Positions 1 through 9,917 are shown, counted from the stretch's first letter. The stretch is 64,000 bases of DNA from a bacterium (GCA_030699685.1 JAUYLJ010000054.1:309-64308), one strand, 5' to 3'. The notes: generated by a model not told the origin, from the letters alone. Translations and numbers: made by a program.

Positions 1-2
1 GT

Positions 3-488
3 AGCGATCCAAAACGCTACGCACCGTCGATTTACGCGTTGATAAAGAGGGTGGCCAAGGGCGGAGAATTGCCCAGCATTAATCCTCTCGTTGACCTCTA
101 CAACATTGTTTCGCTGAAATACGTTGTTCCCATCGGCGGAGAAGATCTTGACGCCTGTGTTGGAGATATTCGATTGACGCGGGCGGCGGGAAGCGAGCAG
201 TTTATCGAGCTGGGAAAAAGCGAAGCCAGCCCGCCGGAAACAGGCGAAGTCGTCTATCGCGACGATCAGGGAGTATTGTGCCGGAAATTCAACTGGCGGG
301 AGGCGGAACGGACCAAACTGACTGAAAAAACAACCAACGCCGTGATTGTGATTGAAACCCTTCCGCCGGTCAGTTTCGAAGCACTTAGGGAGACGGTTGA
401 AGATCTTGCTCAACTCATTCAAACCCACTGCGGGGGAGTTGTTAAGCATCAGATTCTTGACAATAGCACTCAACAGTTTTCAGAGTAA
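3..488 (+). CDS. B3/B4 (PheRS beta-like editing) domain protein, 5'-truncated by window edge
   Basis: Frame open from position 3; motifs LPSINPLVDLYNIVSLKY..PIGGEDLD and CRKFNWREAERT are typical of stand-alone B3/4 proteins. Confidence 0.85.
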   Translation, partial: SDPKRYAPSIYALIKRVAKGGELPSINPLVDLYNIVSLKYVVPIGGEDLDACVGDIRLTRAAGSEQFIELGKSEASPPETGEVVYRDDQGVLCRKFNWREAERTKLTEKTTNAVIVIETLPPVSFEALRETVEDLAQLIQTHCGGVVKHQILDNSTQQFSE

Positions 489-552
489 ACAAAATCCCCA
501 GCCACAGAGCTGCGCAAGCGCAGATGTAGCTGGGGCGAAGATGCGAACCGAC

Positions 553-960
553 TCAGTAGTCGGTGCCGAAGCGGGCGTCGAGTGCGGCCTTCAGATTCTC
601 GAAGGTGACGCTACCTCGTGTGAGGTTTTCCCGAAAGACATACTCGGCGATGTCGGTTCGGGTGTTGAGTGCACCCGCGTAGTTCAGAAGCTCATCCCGC
701 GTGAGCATGAGCATCTGAACGTCGGCCCCGTACCAGACGCAGGCCAGCAAATGGGCATACGCCTTCGTGTCCAGCCCGCCGGAGCGAAGCTGGTCCAACA
801 CCGTGCTGGCCTCGAGAGTGAGGACTGCTCGGAGATTCTCCTCGGCGACCGTGGTGTTGCAGTGATCCTGCTCGACCGTCGAACGCAGGGCACAGCCTTG
901 GCCGAAAAGGATCAAAGAAAGCGCGAAGAGCGTGACCACAGTCCTGACTGCCTTCAGCAT
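553..960 (-). CDS. hypothetical secreted/lipoprotein
   Basis: ATG at 960 preceded by GGAGGT; signal-like N-terminus ending LFGQGC. Confidence 0.6.
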   Translation of the reverse strand: MLKAVRTVVTLFALSLILFGQGCALRSTVEQDHCNTTVAEENLRAVLTLEASTVLDQLRSGGLDTKAYAHLLACVWYGADVQMLMLTRDELLNYAGALNTRTDIAEYVFRENLTRGSVTFENLKAALDARFGTDY

Positions 961-1083
961 GAGACACCTCCCGGAACTCAAACGTCTTTGATTGAAGGCA
1001 CGACAAGCGTGCCTGGTGTGCGATTGTTGCCTTTACATAGCAACCGCGTAGTGTATACTCAAAAAAGACTTTTGTCAAGCTTT

Positions 1084-1461
1084 ATGGGCTCAATCATCGA
1101 AACTAACGATACATTGCAAATCAGCCGGGAACAGGGATTTCCGACAGAATTGGATTACGAGAAACACCTTGAGCAGCCGTACACTGTCGACCAGTTTAAA
1201 GGCCGTGTCTTCGAGTTTCACGGCAAAAAAGACATCCGAATTTACCACGCGCCGCCGGTCCGGAATTTCTTGGCTGAAAACCGTGACGGGAAGTGGCTTT
1301 ACTGGGGTTTGGTGCACATTATCGAAGTAACACACGACATGGTAAAAAAAGAAACATCGGGGAAATTCGTAATCGAATACCTCTATACACCTGAAGAGAT
1401 GGAAAAAGCCCAGAGGTTAATTGATCGGCGGCCGAAGGTGGATTTTTTTTCCAAATCCTAA
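1084..1461 (+). CDS. hypothetical protein (MGSIIETNDTLQI...)
   Basis: 3' part of ORF 352..1461; the 5' part is antisense to 553..960, so the ATG at 1084 is the plausible start. Confidence 0.7.
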   Translation: MGSIIETNDTLQISREQGFPTELDYEKHLEQPYTVDQFKGRVFEFHGKKDIRIYHAPPVRNFLAENRDGKWLYWGLVHIIEVTHDMVKKETSGKFVIEYLYTPEEMEKAQRLIDRRPKVDFFSKS

Positions 1462-1479
1462 ACATATCACAGCCAGCCG

Positions 1480-2442
1480 ATGAAACGCTTCTGGAACGGG
1501 CCATTTCTTATAATGATCGCGGCCACTCTCTGGGCGCTGGACGGCCTGTTACGTTCGCATTTGACCGAACGGATGCCTTCGATGGTAATTGTTTTTTACG
1601 AACACGCAGTTGGTTTTTTGCTGTTGTTGCCTTTCGTTTTCAAGTCGTTCGGTAAGATAAAAAAACTCAGTGGAAACGACTGGAGCAGGCTGGTCATTCT
1701 AGCCTTGGTTAGCAGCGTTCTGGGTACGGCCTTGTTCACGGAAGCGTTTGCCCGCAGCGCGGAATTTTTTGACTTTGCCACGCCGATTCTTCTCCAGAAA
1801 CTTCAGCCGGTCTTCGTCGTGTTCTTTGCCTGGCTGTCGTTGAAAGAGCGAATCACCTGGCGATTTGCGGGATTAGCGATAATCGCGTTACTGGGTAGTT
1901 ATCTGGTCAGCTTCGGCGGGGAGAAAATCGAACTGGATTTTACCGGACGCGAACTCGTGTATATTCTGGCGATTGGGGCGGCTCTAGCCTGGGGCTTGGG
2001 CACTATCCTCAGTAAAAGCATTCTGGAGAAGTTGTCTTTCTCGGAAGCGACTTCACTGCGTTTTTTATTGGCGATCCCCTTGAGCGCGCTTTTCATTACT
2101 GTTCAAGGAGGATGGTACAGTCCGGCGGAACTGGATGGCGGACAGATTTGGCGCTTCCTTGTCATCGGGTTGACCACCGGTATGGGAGCTATCTTGATTT
2201 ACTACCGGGGATTGAAAGTCACCCAGGCCAAAGTTGCAACCTTTGCCGAGCTGATGTTTCCGATAGTCAGCATTGGCATCGCCGTGACCGCGCTCAATCC
2301 TTTCGGCGAAGCTCAGACATTTTCCTTGGCCCAAGGGGCGGGCATTCTCTTGTTACTAGGGTCGATCTTGGCCATTAGCCTGACGGAAAGCATTTCAGCC
2401 CGTGAAAGACGCGGGTCGGATAGCGCATCATCGTATAACTAA
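1480..2442 (+). CDS. DMT/EamA family transporter
   Basis: About 10 TM segments in two repeats; LQPVFVVFFAWLSLKE and YYRGLK motifs. Confidence 0.9.
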   Translation: MKRFWNGPFLIMIAATLWALDGLLRSHLTERMPSMVIVFYEHAVGFLLLLPFVFKSFGKIKKLSGNDWSRLVILALVSSVLGTALFTEAFARSAEFFDFATPILLQKLQPVFVVFFAWLSLKERITWRFAGLAIIALLGSYLVSFGGEKIELDFTGRELVYILAIGAALAWGLGTILSKSILEKLSFSEATSLRFLLAIPLSALFITVQGGWYSPAELDGGQIWRFLVIGLTTGMGAILIYYRGLKVTQAKVATFAELMFPIVSIGIAVTALNPFGEAQTFSLAQGAGILLLLGSILAISLTESISARERRGSDSASSYN

Positions 2443-2519
2443 AAGCTCATTTGGAATATCACCGATATTCCTTGTACTGCGAATTTTACCTGGACATAAA
2501 ATGTTGTTAAGACGGCTCT

Positions 2520-2548
2520 AAAAAAACTCCCGGACCAACCGGGAGTTT
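2520..2548 (-). terminator. intrinsic terminator
   Basis: AAACTCCCGG/CCGGGAGTTT inverted repeat with U-tract on the minus strand after 2554..3246. Confidence 0.8.
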
Positions 2549-2553
2549 CGCGG

Positions 2554-3246
2554 TTATGCTTTGATTGATTCAAGATTGATGTCCGGCAGTCCCTCGGGCA
2601 GCTCACCCCAGCCATGAGCAGTTTCGGGTTTACCGAGAGTCATTTTCTTGCCATACACTGATTGTTTGTCCGGCGCCCGGTATTCGACTTTCACCGTAAT
2701 GACGGGTTCGGATTCGCCAGGTCTCTCGGCATGACTCGAGACAGGTTTTTCCGCTCGGTTCACGCTTGCGACTTTGACGTGGCCGTTGATCTGTTCGTAA
2801 GTCTTTGTCTCGTCCCATTGCTCGCCTTTTTTCTCGCCTTCGGTATTTTCCCCAAAGAAGCGTGTACAGTTGCCGTCCTCGTCGTATTCATAGTTGTTTT
2901 CCCAAGCGTGTTCCCGGGCCAGATGCTTGCCTATTTCTTTGGTTGGTTTTGTCGGATGACGTTTATCACCGTATTCCAGACGCCGTTGGCTGACTGATTT
3001 CAGTTCCTGTGAGTCTTTCCATTCGCCGTCAAATTGCGCCCGGTGATAGTCCCAGCGCTTCTCTGCCACCGTACGGCCCTCGGTGTCTTTATACGTTTCC
3101 AGTTTCGGATCGCCGTTTTCGTTTTCCTGCCTTTCCCACTGCATCTCCGCCAGCGACGGGTCCGTTTCTAGGGCACTGCGGCCGGGAATTTCTTCAACCA
3201 GCGGCCGAGGTTCGCCATCGATTCCTCCTCGTTCTTTTTCTGCCAT
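2554..3246 (-). CDS. hypothetical acidic protein
   Basis: 230-aa ORF followed by a terminator; one YD-repeat-like segment YEYDEDGN. Confidence 0.7.
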   Translation of the reverse strand: MAEKERGGIDGEPRPLVEEIPGRSALETDPSLAEMQWERQENENGDPKLETYKDTEGRTVAEKRWDYHRAQFDGEWKDSQELKSVSQRRLEYGDKRHPTKPTKEIGKHLAREHAWENNYEYDEDGNCTRFFGENTEGEKKGEQWDETKTYEQINGHVKVASVNRAEKPVSSHAERPGESEPVITVKVEYRAPDKQSVYGKKMTLGKPETAHGWGELPEGLPDINLESIKA

Positions 3247-3308
3247 GGTTGTAAGGCTTAAGAATGATTGTTTCCATCTTATCGTGTATTGGGCCTCGAG
3301 GCAAGTAG

Positions 3309-3336
3309 TTGACTTTTTCAGAGTCTATGGTATGAT
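3309..3336 (+). promoter_or_regulatory. sigma70-type promoter for Asn leader/tRNA-Asn
   Basis: TTGACT (3309-3314), 16 nt spacer, extended TGg-TATGAT (3331-3336). Confidence 0.75.
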
Positions 3337-3345
3337 GTAGGAAGG

Positions 3346-3393
3346 ATGAAACATTTCGACAACAACTTAACTAACAACAATACCCAGTTCTGA
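3346..3393 (+). CDS. Asn-rich attenuator leader peptide MKHFDNNLTNNNTQF
   Basis: ATG 9 nt after the -10 box; 5 Asn codons (AAC AAC TTA ACT AAC AAC AAT) in 15 codons; overlaps alternative hairpins. Confidence 0.8.
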   Translation: MKHFDNNLTNNNTQF

Positions 3394-3421
3394 CTGGCAG
3401 CTTTTTGACTTGTTAGTAAGA

Positions 3422-3455
3422 GGCCAGTCGCGAAGAGACTGGTCGTTTTGTTTTT
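3422..3455 (+). terminator. attenuator terminator
   Basis: GGCCAGTCgc-GAA-gaGACTGGTC followed by GTTTTGTTTTT; the 5' arm GCCAGTC can alternatively pair with GACTGGC (3392-3398). Confidence 0.85.
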
Positions 3456-3467
3456 AGATCATCGTTT

Positions 3468-3532
3468 CGGGAGTAGTTCGGCCGGTAGAACCCCGTACAA
3501 CTGCTATGTAGTTTATGGGGCAAGCGCTCCGC
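3468..3532 (+). pseudogene. degenerate tRNA 5' half interrupted by a hairpin element
   Basis: CGGGAG-TA-GTTCGGCCGGTAGAAC resembles acceptor 5' strand + D arm; hairpin CCCCGTAC..TATGGGG (3491-3520) follows; no T arm. Confidence 0.45.
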
Positions 3533-3548
3533 ATTTTGTCCGCCGTAC

Positions 3549-3620
3549 TCCGAGGTAGTTCAATGGTAGAACGCTGCACTGTTAATGCAGATGTTGGAGG
3601 TTCGAATCCTCCCCTCGGAG
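3549..3620 (+). tRNA. tRNA-Asn(GTT)
   Basis: Acceptor TCCGAGG/CCTCGGA, D stem GTTC/GAAC, anticodon stem CTGCA/TGCAG with loop CT-GTT-AA (3581-3583), T arm GGAGG-TTCGAAT-CCTCC, U1-A72, discriminator G; CCA not encoded. Confidence 0.97.
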
Positions 3621-3679
3621 CTCGGCGGGAAAGGCTCCGGCGCTTACGTGAAATCTTTAGGCTATGCTACAATGCCAGC

Positions 3680-4432
3680 ATGAACCAGAAAATATTCAAT
3701 TCCAGAAAGGAAAAACTTGATACGCTGGTTGAGGGTCGCAATGGAAATTTGACCATTGTGATGGTCCATGGCTTTGGGACCAGCAAAGACGAGAACGCGA
3801 GAATGTTTATCGACATTTCCAAACGTCTTTCCGCTTACGGGCGGATCGTGCGTTTTGACTTTGCCGGTTACGGCCAGAGTGAAGGTCGTCAGGAGGACGT
3901 CAATCTGAATACTATGGCCGATGACCTGAAGTCAGTACTTGATTGGGTTCGAAAGAAATATGGAGGCCGTATTATGATCCTGGCGCATTCTTTTGGCACG
4001 CTTGTCACTCGCTATCTCTCTCCGGATAGTATTGAGAAGACTATTTTTACCGGTATCACTCCACCTGACGTGAAAGCGCATATGGAGTCAACCATGAAGA
4101 GAATTCAAAGTCGGGTCGGAGGAAGCCTGAGCGAAAACGGGGTAAGCATCTATCCCCGAAAAGATGGAGAAGTACAAAAAATCGGCAGTAGTCATTGGAA
4201 AATTCTTCGAGAAGTCGACCCTCTGAGATTGGCCAAGATACTCGCTCAAAAGACAGACTTAATCATCATTAAGCCCATGCAAGATGAGATTGTCGGCGGT
4301 GAAGCTACGACGGAGCAATATAAAACAATTTCCGGGATCAGATTCATCGAGCTTGACGGAGATCATAACTTTACCTCTCAGCGTGATAGGAGGGGATTGT
4401 TAAATACTCTGGAACGACTGATTGCTGGTTAG
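3680..4432 (+). CDS. alpha/beta hydrolase
   Basis: VHGFG, RFDFAGYGQSEG, AHSFG nucleophile elbow, DGDHNF; own extended -10 TGcTACAAT just upstream of ATG 3680. Confidence 0.88.
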   Translation: MNQKIFNSRKEKLDTLVEGRNGNLTIVMVHGFGTSKDENARMFIDISKRLSAYGRIVRFDFAGYGQSEGRQEDVNLNTMADDLKSVLDWVRKKYGGRIMILAHSFGTLVTRYLSPDSIEKTIFTGITPPDVKAHMESTMKRIQSRVGGSLSENGVSIYPRKDGEVQKIGSSHWKILREVDPLRLAKILAQKTDLIIIKPMQDEIVGGEATTEQYKTISGIRFIELDGDHNFTSQRDRRGLLNTLERLIAG

Positions 4433-4447
4433 CATAAAAAAAGCGTG

Positions 4448-4684
4448 TCACTTTTCTTCTGCCACGCTTGCCGTGTAGTCCAGTTTTTGTATTTCAGCAA
4501 TAATCGCATCGAGACTTTGCTGTCCAGGATCATAGGCTACGATAGTGGTAGATTTCGCGTAGCTTGTTTCACTTTGGATAACTCCTTCAAGATCCTCTAG
4601 GGCTCCGTCAATATTCATGGCGCAGCTCACGCAATGCATTCCCTGAATGTTCAGCTTCACTCGTTGTTCGTTTGTGTGTTCCAT
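4448..4684 (-). CDS. copZ: heavy-metal-associated (HMA) copper chaperone
   Basis: GMHCVSC motif, 78 aa. Confidence 0.88.
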   Translation of the reverse strand: MEHTNEQRVKLNIQGMHCVSCAMNIDGALEDLEGVIQSETSYAKSTTIVAYDPGQQSLDAIIAEIQKLDYTASVAEEK

Positions 4685-4700
4685 AGATTAATCCAATATT

Positions 4701-5768
4701 TTATATAACCTCGAAGGTTCCCGTGTACATTCCCATCGAACAAGCGAATACATATTGCCCCTTCTTGGTTGGGGTAAAACGGAATGTTTCGCTGTCGGTT
4801 GGTTCCAACAACGCATAGATGCCAAATTGCCGGAAAGTGAAAGCGGAAGCGCAGCTATAAACGTCATTTGTTTCCACGGTGAGCTCTACCGGCACTCCGG
4901 CTTTAACTTTGATACGATTTGGTTTGTATCCATAATCCTGTACTTCAATATGTACTTTTTGGATCTCGGCTATGCTGATATCGGGACTGGAAAAATTCAC
5001 CTCTTCGCCATTGGATGAAGCGGATCCATTCGCGGAAAAAGCCAGCTGTATCCGCTGCCAGGAAATTGGCGCGTCCACTGCTTGCAAAACTCCGTTGAAG
5101 CTGTAGAGGGACATTCCCACCAACAGCAAGGCGGCAAATTTCAAAAATTTCACTTGCAACGATTCACTAAGTTTCGCCGTGGCAATGCCGATAAACCCGA
5201 AAATCGGCGCCGTGCCCAGCACGAAAACCATCATAATCAGCGCTCCCGTGATCGGATTTCCGCTGTTGATCGCCAGGACTTCCATGGCCTGGGTCACCCC
5301 GCAGGGAATAAAAACAGTGAAAACCCCGAGGATGGTCGGCGCGAAGAACGATGACGCCTTGCTGGATTGTCGCACCTTTCTTTGGATAAATTTCGGCGGT
5401 TGAAAAGCCACGAAACGGAAGATCGGGTGGACGTTGAAAAGATTAAGCGCCGTGGTCAGCATAAAGGCGGCGGCCAAAACCTGGAAAAAAATTTTCACGC
5501 CAAAACTGAGGGTGAAAACCGATCCCAAAGCTCCCAAAAGGAAACCAAGTATGCCGTGGACTACGAGTTTTGACCCCAGAAACATGACCACCGGCAGCCA
5601 GTCGCCCTTGTCAAAAGAACGAGACGCCAATTCCGGTGAATCGGGGCTGTCCCGAAAATCCTTTCGTTTTTGATTGGCGATAATGGACGCCAACAATCCT
5701 CCCTGAACGGCCAAGCACGCCAACCCGCCGGTTGTCAGGCCAGTCAGAAAAACAACCCAAAGGTTCAT
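4701..5768 (-). CDS. DsbD_2/TauE-like membrane protein with C-terminal cupredoxin domain
   Basis: [15 protein letters not shown], and C-terminal [10 protein letters not shown]. Confidence 0.85.
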   Translation of the reverse strand: MNLWVVFLTGLTTGGLACLAVQGGLLASIIANQKRKDFRDSPDSPELASRSFDKGDWLPVVMFLGSKLVVHGILGFLLGALGSVFTLSFGVKIFFQVLAAAFMLTTALNLFNVHPIFRFVAFQPPKFIQRKVRQSSKASSFFAPTILGVFTVFIPCGVTQAMEVLAINSGNPITGALIMMVFVLGTAPIFGFIGIATAKLSESLQVKFLKFAALLLVGMSLYSFNGVLQAVDAPISWQRIQLAFSANGSASSNGEEVNFSSPDISIAEIQKVHIEVQDYGYKPNRIKVKAGVPVELTVETNDVYSCASAFTFRQFGIYALLEPTDSETFRFTPTKKGQYVFACSMGMYTGTFEVI

Positions 5769-7972
5769 TGTTTTTGCAAGTTAACTTTTTTAAGTCTTAG
5801 CGCGTTTGCCACCACGGAAACGCTTGATAGCGCCATAGCCAGGCTGGCCAGCATGGGATTGAGCTGAGTGCCGGTCAGCGGATACAAGACGCCCATGGCC
5901 ACCGGTATCAAAATGATGTTATAGCTAAATGCCCAGACAAGGTTCTGGCGAATGTTACGCATGGTCGCTTTGGCCAAGGTGATGGACTGGGGAATCAGTG
6001 AAATATCACCTCGCAACAGCGTTATTCCGGCTGTTTCCATGGCGACATCCGTACCTTCTCCCATGGCGATTCCCACGTCAGCCACCGCCAAGGCCGGCGC
6101 GTCATTGATCCCGTCACCGGACATGGCTACGACATTCCCTTTCGATTGAGAATCTTTGATCCAGGCGGCTTTTTCTTCCGGTGAGACGCGGGCTCTCCAG
6201 GTCGTGATGGAAACGGTATTGGCGATCGCTTCAGCTGTTTTTTTATTGTCACCCGTGAGCATCACTGGCTCAATGCCCATCTGACTTAGCCTGGCAACCG
6301 CCGAAGCCGATTTTTCTTTTACCTGATCAAATACGGCGATATACCCCAAATATCTATTTTCTTCAGAAAGTAGCAAGACGCTTTCCCCGAGCGATTCATG
6401 TTCCGTTATCTTTCTCTGCTGTTCTTCAGTGATCTTTCCGTCATGTTGGAGAATAAAATCCAGAGTGCCGAGGCGATATTCTTTTCCCTTGATTGTGCCC
6501 AAGACACCTTTGCCCGACTCCGCGTGAAACGATTCAACGGGCTGAAGCGATAGTTTCATCGCATTTGTCTTTTGTATCACGGCTCCTGCCAGAGGGTGTT
6601 CTGATTGTTGCTCGAGGGAAGCGGCCAGGATCAATACCTCATCGGAAGAGTACGAATTAACCGCGGGTTTTCCTTCCGTCAGCGTGCCGGTTTTATCCAA
6701 CACCACTTGCGTTATGGCTTGAGACCGCTCAAGCGACTCCGCGTTGCGTATCAGGATGCCTTTTTTAGCTCCCCGGCCGATTCCCACGGTGAGCGAGGTG
6801 GGCGTGGCTAGGCCCAGGGCGCAGGGACAGGCGATAATCAAGACGGAAATCATACTAACCAGCGCGCGCGGCAGGCTCGGCTCTGGTCCAAAAATAATCC
6901 AGGCGATAAACGTAATTATCGACAGCGCTATCACGATTGGGACGAAATAGGACGAAATAGTGTCTACGAGTTTTTGGATTGGAGGTCGCGAACCTTGAGC
7001 CTCGCGAACCATTTGGACAATCCGTGAAAGTTTGGTGTTTTCCCCGACTACCGTCGCTCGCATTTCAAACGATCCTGAGGAATTCATCGTCGCCGCGAAG
7101 ACCGCGTCAGATGGCTTTTTTTCTACCGGGATACTTTCTCCCGTTAACATGCTTTCATCTACGGAACTGCCCCCCTTGAATACTATGCCGTCAACGGGAA
7201 TTTTTTCTCCAGGCTTTACCAATATTTCATCGCCAATCATTACGTTTTCGACTGGCTGATCTTGCCATTCTCCGTTTTTTCTGACATGGGCGATAGTTGG
7301 CTGGAGTTCTAATAATTCTTTGATGGCGGCGGAGGCCTGTCCCTTGGCCCTGGTTTCCAGGTATTTTCCCAATAATATTAATGTCAGAATAGTGGCCGAA
7401 GTTTCAAAGTACACGTACTGAGGAAGGCCCGAGTCTCCCAAACTGCCGGAAAAAACCGCGACAACAAGGGAGTAGCCATATGCCACCGAAGTTCCCAGGG
7501 CGACCAGGGTGTCCATATTGGTCGTTTTATTTTTCGCGGCCGACCAGGCGCTTAAGTAAAAATCCTTTCCCAGCCAGAATTGAATTGGAGTGGCCAAGGC
7601 CAGCATGAAGAGGGGATTGGCCATAAACGCGGGAGCGGCCGGGACCATAGCGGCAAAAAGAAGAACGGCTGACAAAATTATTCCGACAAATAATTTTCGC
7701 CGAAGCGAGTTCAGCCGGATAGCGTGATCATGTTCCATGGTCGAGTCGGTATCGCCGTGATCAATATGCGCTTTGTAGCCAAGCTTCCCCACAATATCGG
7801 CAATGCCGTCTGTTTTAATGGCTTTTGAGTCGTACGTGACATGGGCGTGTTCATTGCCATAATTTACCGTTGCTTGCGAAATGCCGTCTGCTTTTAACAA
7901 CTTTCTTTGTATATTGGCAGCGCAGGAGGCGCAATGCATTCCCGAAACGTAGAAATTAATTTTTTCAGACAT
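5765..7972 (-). CDS. copA: P1B-type Cu(I)-translocating ATPase
   Basis: [31 protein letters not shown] and MALSS motifs; ATG 7972 overlaps the upstream stop. Confidence 0.95.
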   Translation of the reverse strand: MSEKINFYVSGMHCASCAANIQRKLLKADGISQATVNYGNEHAHVTYDSKAIKTDGIADIVGKLGYKAHIDHGDTDSTMEHDHAIRLNSLRRKLFVGIILSAVLLFAAMVPAAPAFMANPLFMLALATPIQFWLGKDFYLSAWSAAKNKTTNMDTLVALGTSVAYGYSLVVAVFSGSLGDSGLPQYVYFETSATILTLILLGKYLETRAKGQASAAIKELLELQPTIAHVRKNGEWQDQPVENVMIGDEILVKPGEKIPVDGIVFKGGSSVDESMLTGESIPVEKKPSDAVFAATMNSSGSFEMRATVVGENTKLSRIVQMVREAQGSRPPIQKLVDTISSYFVPIVIALSIITFIAWIIFGPEPSLPRALVSMISVLIIACPCALGLATPTSLTVGIGRGAKKGILIRNAESLERSQAITQVVLDKTGTLTEGKPAVNSYSSDEVLILAASLEQQSEHPLAGAVIQKTNAMKLSLQPVESFHAESGKGVLGTIKGKEYRLGTLDFILQHDGKITEEQQRKITEHESLGESVLLLSEENRYLGYIAVFDQVKEKSASAVARLSQMGIEPVMLTGDNKKTAEAIANTVSITTWRARVSPEEKAAWIKDSQSKGNVVAMSGDGINDAPALAVADVGIAMGEGTDVAMETAGITLLRGDISLIPQSITLAKATMRNIRQNLVWAFSYNIILIPVAMGVLYPLTGTQLNPMLASLAMALSSVSVVANALRLKKVNLQKQ

Positions 7973-8435
7973 ATTTTTTCGGATGAAGAATAAAATTCTT
8001 TCGGCAGCCTGAAGCGCAAAAGTAGTAGGTAGTGCGTTTATACTCATGGGTAAAGACCGCGTGACGTGGTGAAACTGACATACCGCAAACTGGATCGGTA
8101 ATTTTTGGCACGGATGGAGCACTCAGCTTATGGCGCAAAGGCCGAATGCTTTTTCTATCAGAAAGAACCTCATGGATATTCTCCAGCAGTTTAATGAATG
8201 TCGGATGCGCGAGACGATATAATTTTTCTTTGCCTTGGCGCTTTGTTACCACTATCCCGTTTCTTCGCAAAACCTGAAGATGCTGGCTCACGTTCGACTG
8301 CGACATTCCAGACATGTGGATAAGTTCAGTGACGGTCACTGAGGTATCGCACAAAATACGCAATATCTCAATGCGTTTTTGATTAGCGAGCGCTTTCAAC
8401 AGCCGTGTGTATTGTTGGTACGTTGAAGAAGACAT
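7965..8435 (-). CDS. ArsR/SmtB regulator fused to C-terminal YHS (TRASH) domain
   Basis: [25 protein letters not shown] wHTH; [17 protein letters not shown] motif. Confidence 0.88.
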   Translation of the reverse strand: MSSSTYQQYTRLLKALANQKRIEILRILCDTSVTVTELIHMSGMSQSNVSQHLQVLRRNGIVVTKRQGKEKLYRLAHPTFIKLLENIHEVLSDRKSIRPLRHKLSAPSVPKITDPVCGMSVSPRHAVFTHEYKRTTYYFCASGCRKNFILHPKKYV

Positions 8436-8453
8436 ATTCAATATCTTGAATAT
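8434..8453. promoter_or_regulatory. ArsR-type operator palindrome
   Basis: ATATTCAA-TATC-TTGAATAT overlapping the minus-strand promoter TTGACC(8477-8472)-17-TATATT and the start codon. Confidence 0.7.
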
Positions 8454-8492
8454 ATCATTTCACGTAGAAGAGGTCAACCTGACTCTTGACTT

Positions 8493-8879
8493 CTAAGTGA
8501 AATCCAAGATCAAACCAATTAGCAACGCCAATCCCGAAGTAATAAAGATAAACACGTAGTTCCACTTCTCACGAGTTGTCTTCAGCGTGCGCAAAATGTA
8601 TCCGAGGGAAGCTTTGTCGTCTTCTGAGAGCTGGGTCAGACTGGAAACTTTTTCATCGAGTTTCTGCTCACGAATCAACCGAGCGCGTTTCTCGGAAATC
8701 TGATAGCGATGGATGAAGTAGATGATAAAGCCGATGGTACCGATATACCAGGAAATCGTCACCCAATACGCGCTATAGTTGTTAAGTACGATTATGATAC
8801 GGTAAGCGAGGGTGGCGATGATGCCGGCCCAGAAATAGAAGAGTCGGATGAATTTTGGATGGGCTTTGGGTTCGGGCAT
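8493..8879 (-). CDS. hypothetical membrane protein
   Basis: 3 hydrophobic segments; ATG 8879. Confidence 0.7.
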   Translation of the reverse strand: MPEPKAHPKFIRLFYFWAGIIATLAYRIIIVLNNYSAYWVTISWYIGTIGFIIYFIHRYQISEKRARLIREQKLDEKVSSLTQLSEDDKASLGYILRTLKTTREKWNYVFIFITSGLALLIGLILDFT

Positions 8880-9035
8880 GACGAATAGTATAGTTAACAA
8901 TCTTGCAAGCTAAGTATAGCAGATTCACAGGAGCAGAGAAGCGGGATAGTAAGTCCCGCTATTGTTTTTTGCCATTTTGGCTGTATACTCTTGATATCGC
9001 GTAACAGAAAGATCTTCGAAAAACTCATGAGGTAG

Positions 9036-9917
9036 ATGATGCTGTCAAAACACCCAGTCAACGGCCCAGACCGGCCAACCCGCCGTGTCAACAGCCGGAT
9101 AATGATCCGGGGGATGCTTGATCTGATCCGCTGGTTCAGTCTGTCGGGAATGGCGCTGCTTGCCTTGGTCAGCCTTCGTCTGGCTGGCCACTCTCCGTCC
9201 TCTGCCTGGTCAATCTACTTTGTCAGCGGCATCATCGTGGTAGCCGCCGCGGGATACGTCTGGAATGACTACCTTGATTACCGGATTGACGCAATCAACA
9301 AGCCTTCCCGTCCGCTGGTTCAGGGACTGATCAGCCTGCGTTTCGCCCGGACGATAGCCATTCTTTTGGGAGCGATTGGGTTGGTGCTGTATGTTCAACT
9401 CGGCATTTTTTTCTTCCTCTACAGTCTCTTTGTCGTGGTCGTACTGGCATTCTACAGCCGGGCGCTGAAAGACCGGCATGGAGTAATCGGTAATCTGGCC
9501 GTGGCGTTGCTGCTGGCCAGTATCCCGCTCACCGTCGGGGCCAAGCACGGCTGGACCCTGCCTTTGGCTGTTCTGGCCGGAGTTACGTTCTGTCTGGGCT
9601 TTGCCCACGAAGTGATGAAGGATGCGGAAGACGTGCCCGGTGACCGGAGGGGCGGAAGAAAAACTCTCGCCACCCACTACTCGCGCCTCGCCTTGGAAGG
9701 GGCGATCTCAACATCTCTGGCCTTCACGCTGGCGATTGGCCTCGTGCCGCTTGCTTTGGGATCGGCTCAATCGAAGCTCCTCGTTATTCCTGAAACAATG
9801 CTCGTAGCCAGCTTTGTCTTTTGGAAATTCGGAGGAATGAGGGATGCCGTATTTCGTCACCTGCTCAAGCTTAACGCTTTTGCCTACGTTATTGCCTATT
9901 TCATCGCCGGAGGGTGA
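9036..9917 (+). CDS. UbiA-family prenyltransferase, DGGGP synthase-like
   Basis: NDYLDYRIDAINKPSRPL and EVMKDAEDVPGD..G.KTL aspartate-rich motifs; multiple TM; overlaps the GGGPS-like gene. Confidence 0.85.
   Translation: MMLSKHPVNGPDRPTRRVNSRIMIRGMLDLIRWFSLSGMALLALVSLRLAGHSPSSAWSIYFVSGIIVVAAAGYVWNDYLDYRIDAINKPSRPLVQGLISLRFARTIAILLGAIGLVLYVQLGIFFFLYSLFVVVVLAFYSRALKDRHGVIGNLAVALLLASIPLTVGAKHGWTLPLAVLAGVTFCLGFAHEVMKDAEDVPGDRRGGRKTLATHYSRLALEGAISTSLAFTLAIGLVPLALGSAQSKLLVIPETMLVASFVFWKFGGMRDAVFRHLLKLNAFAYVIAYFIAGG

Noticed and set aside
352-1083. 5' two-thirds of ORF 352..1461
   Set aside because: Overlaps the B3/4 gene and is antisense to 553..960; the plausible protein starts at 1084
3515-3679. 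N-terminal extension of the alpha/beta hydrolase ORF
   Set aside because: Runs through the tRNA-Asn gene; a -10 box and ATG at 3680 explain the gene
8940-8970. Hairpin AGCGGGA..TCCCGCT plus T-tract upstream of the UbiA gene as an attenuator
   Set aside because: No leader ORF or competing arm found; a TATACT box lies downstream of it, so it is more likely an insulating terminator
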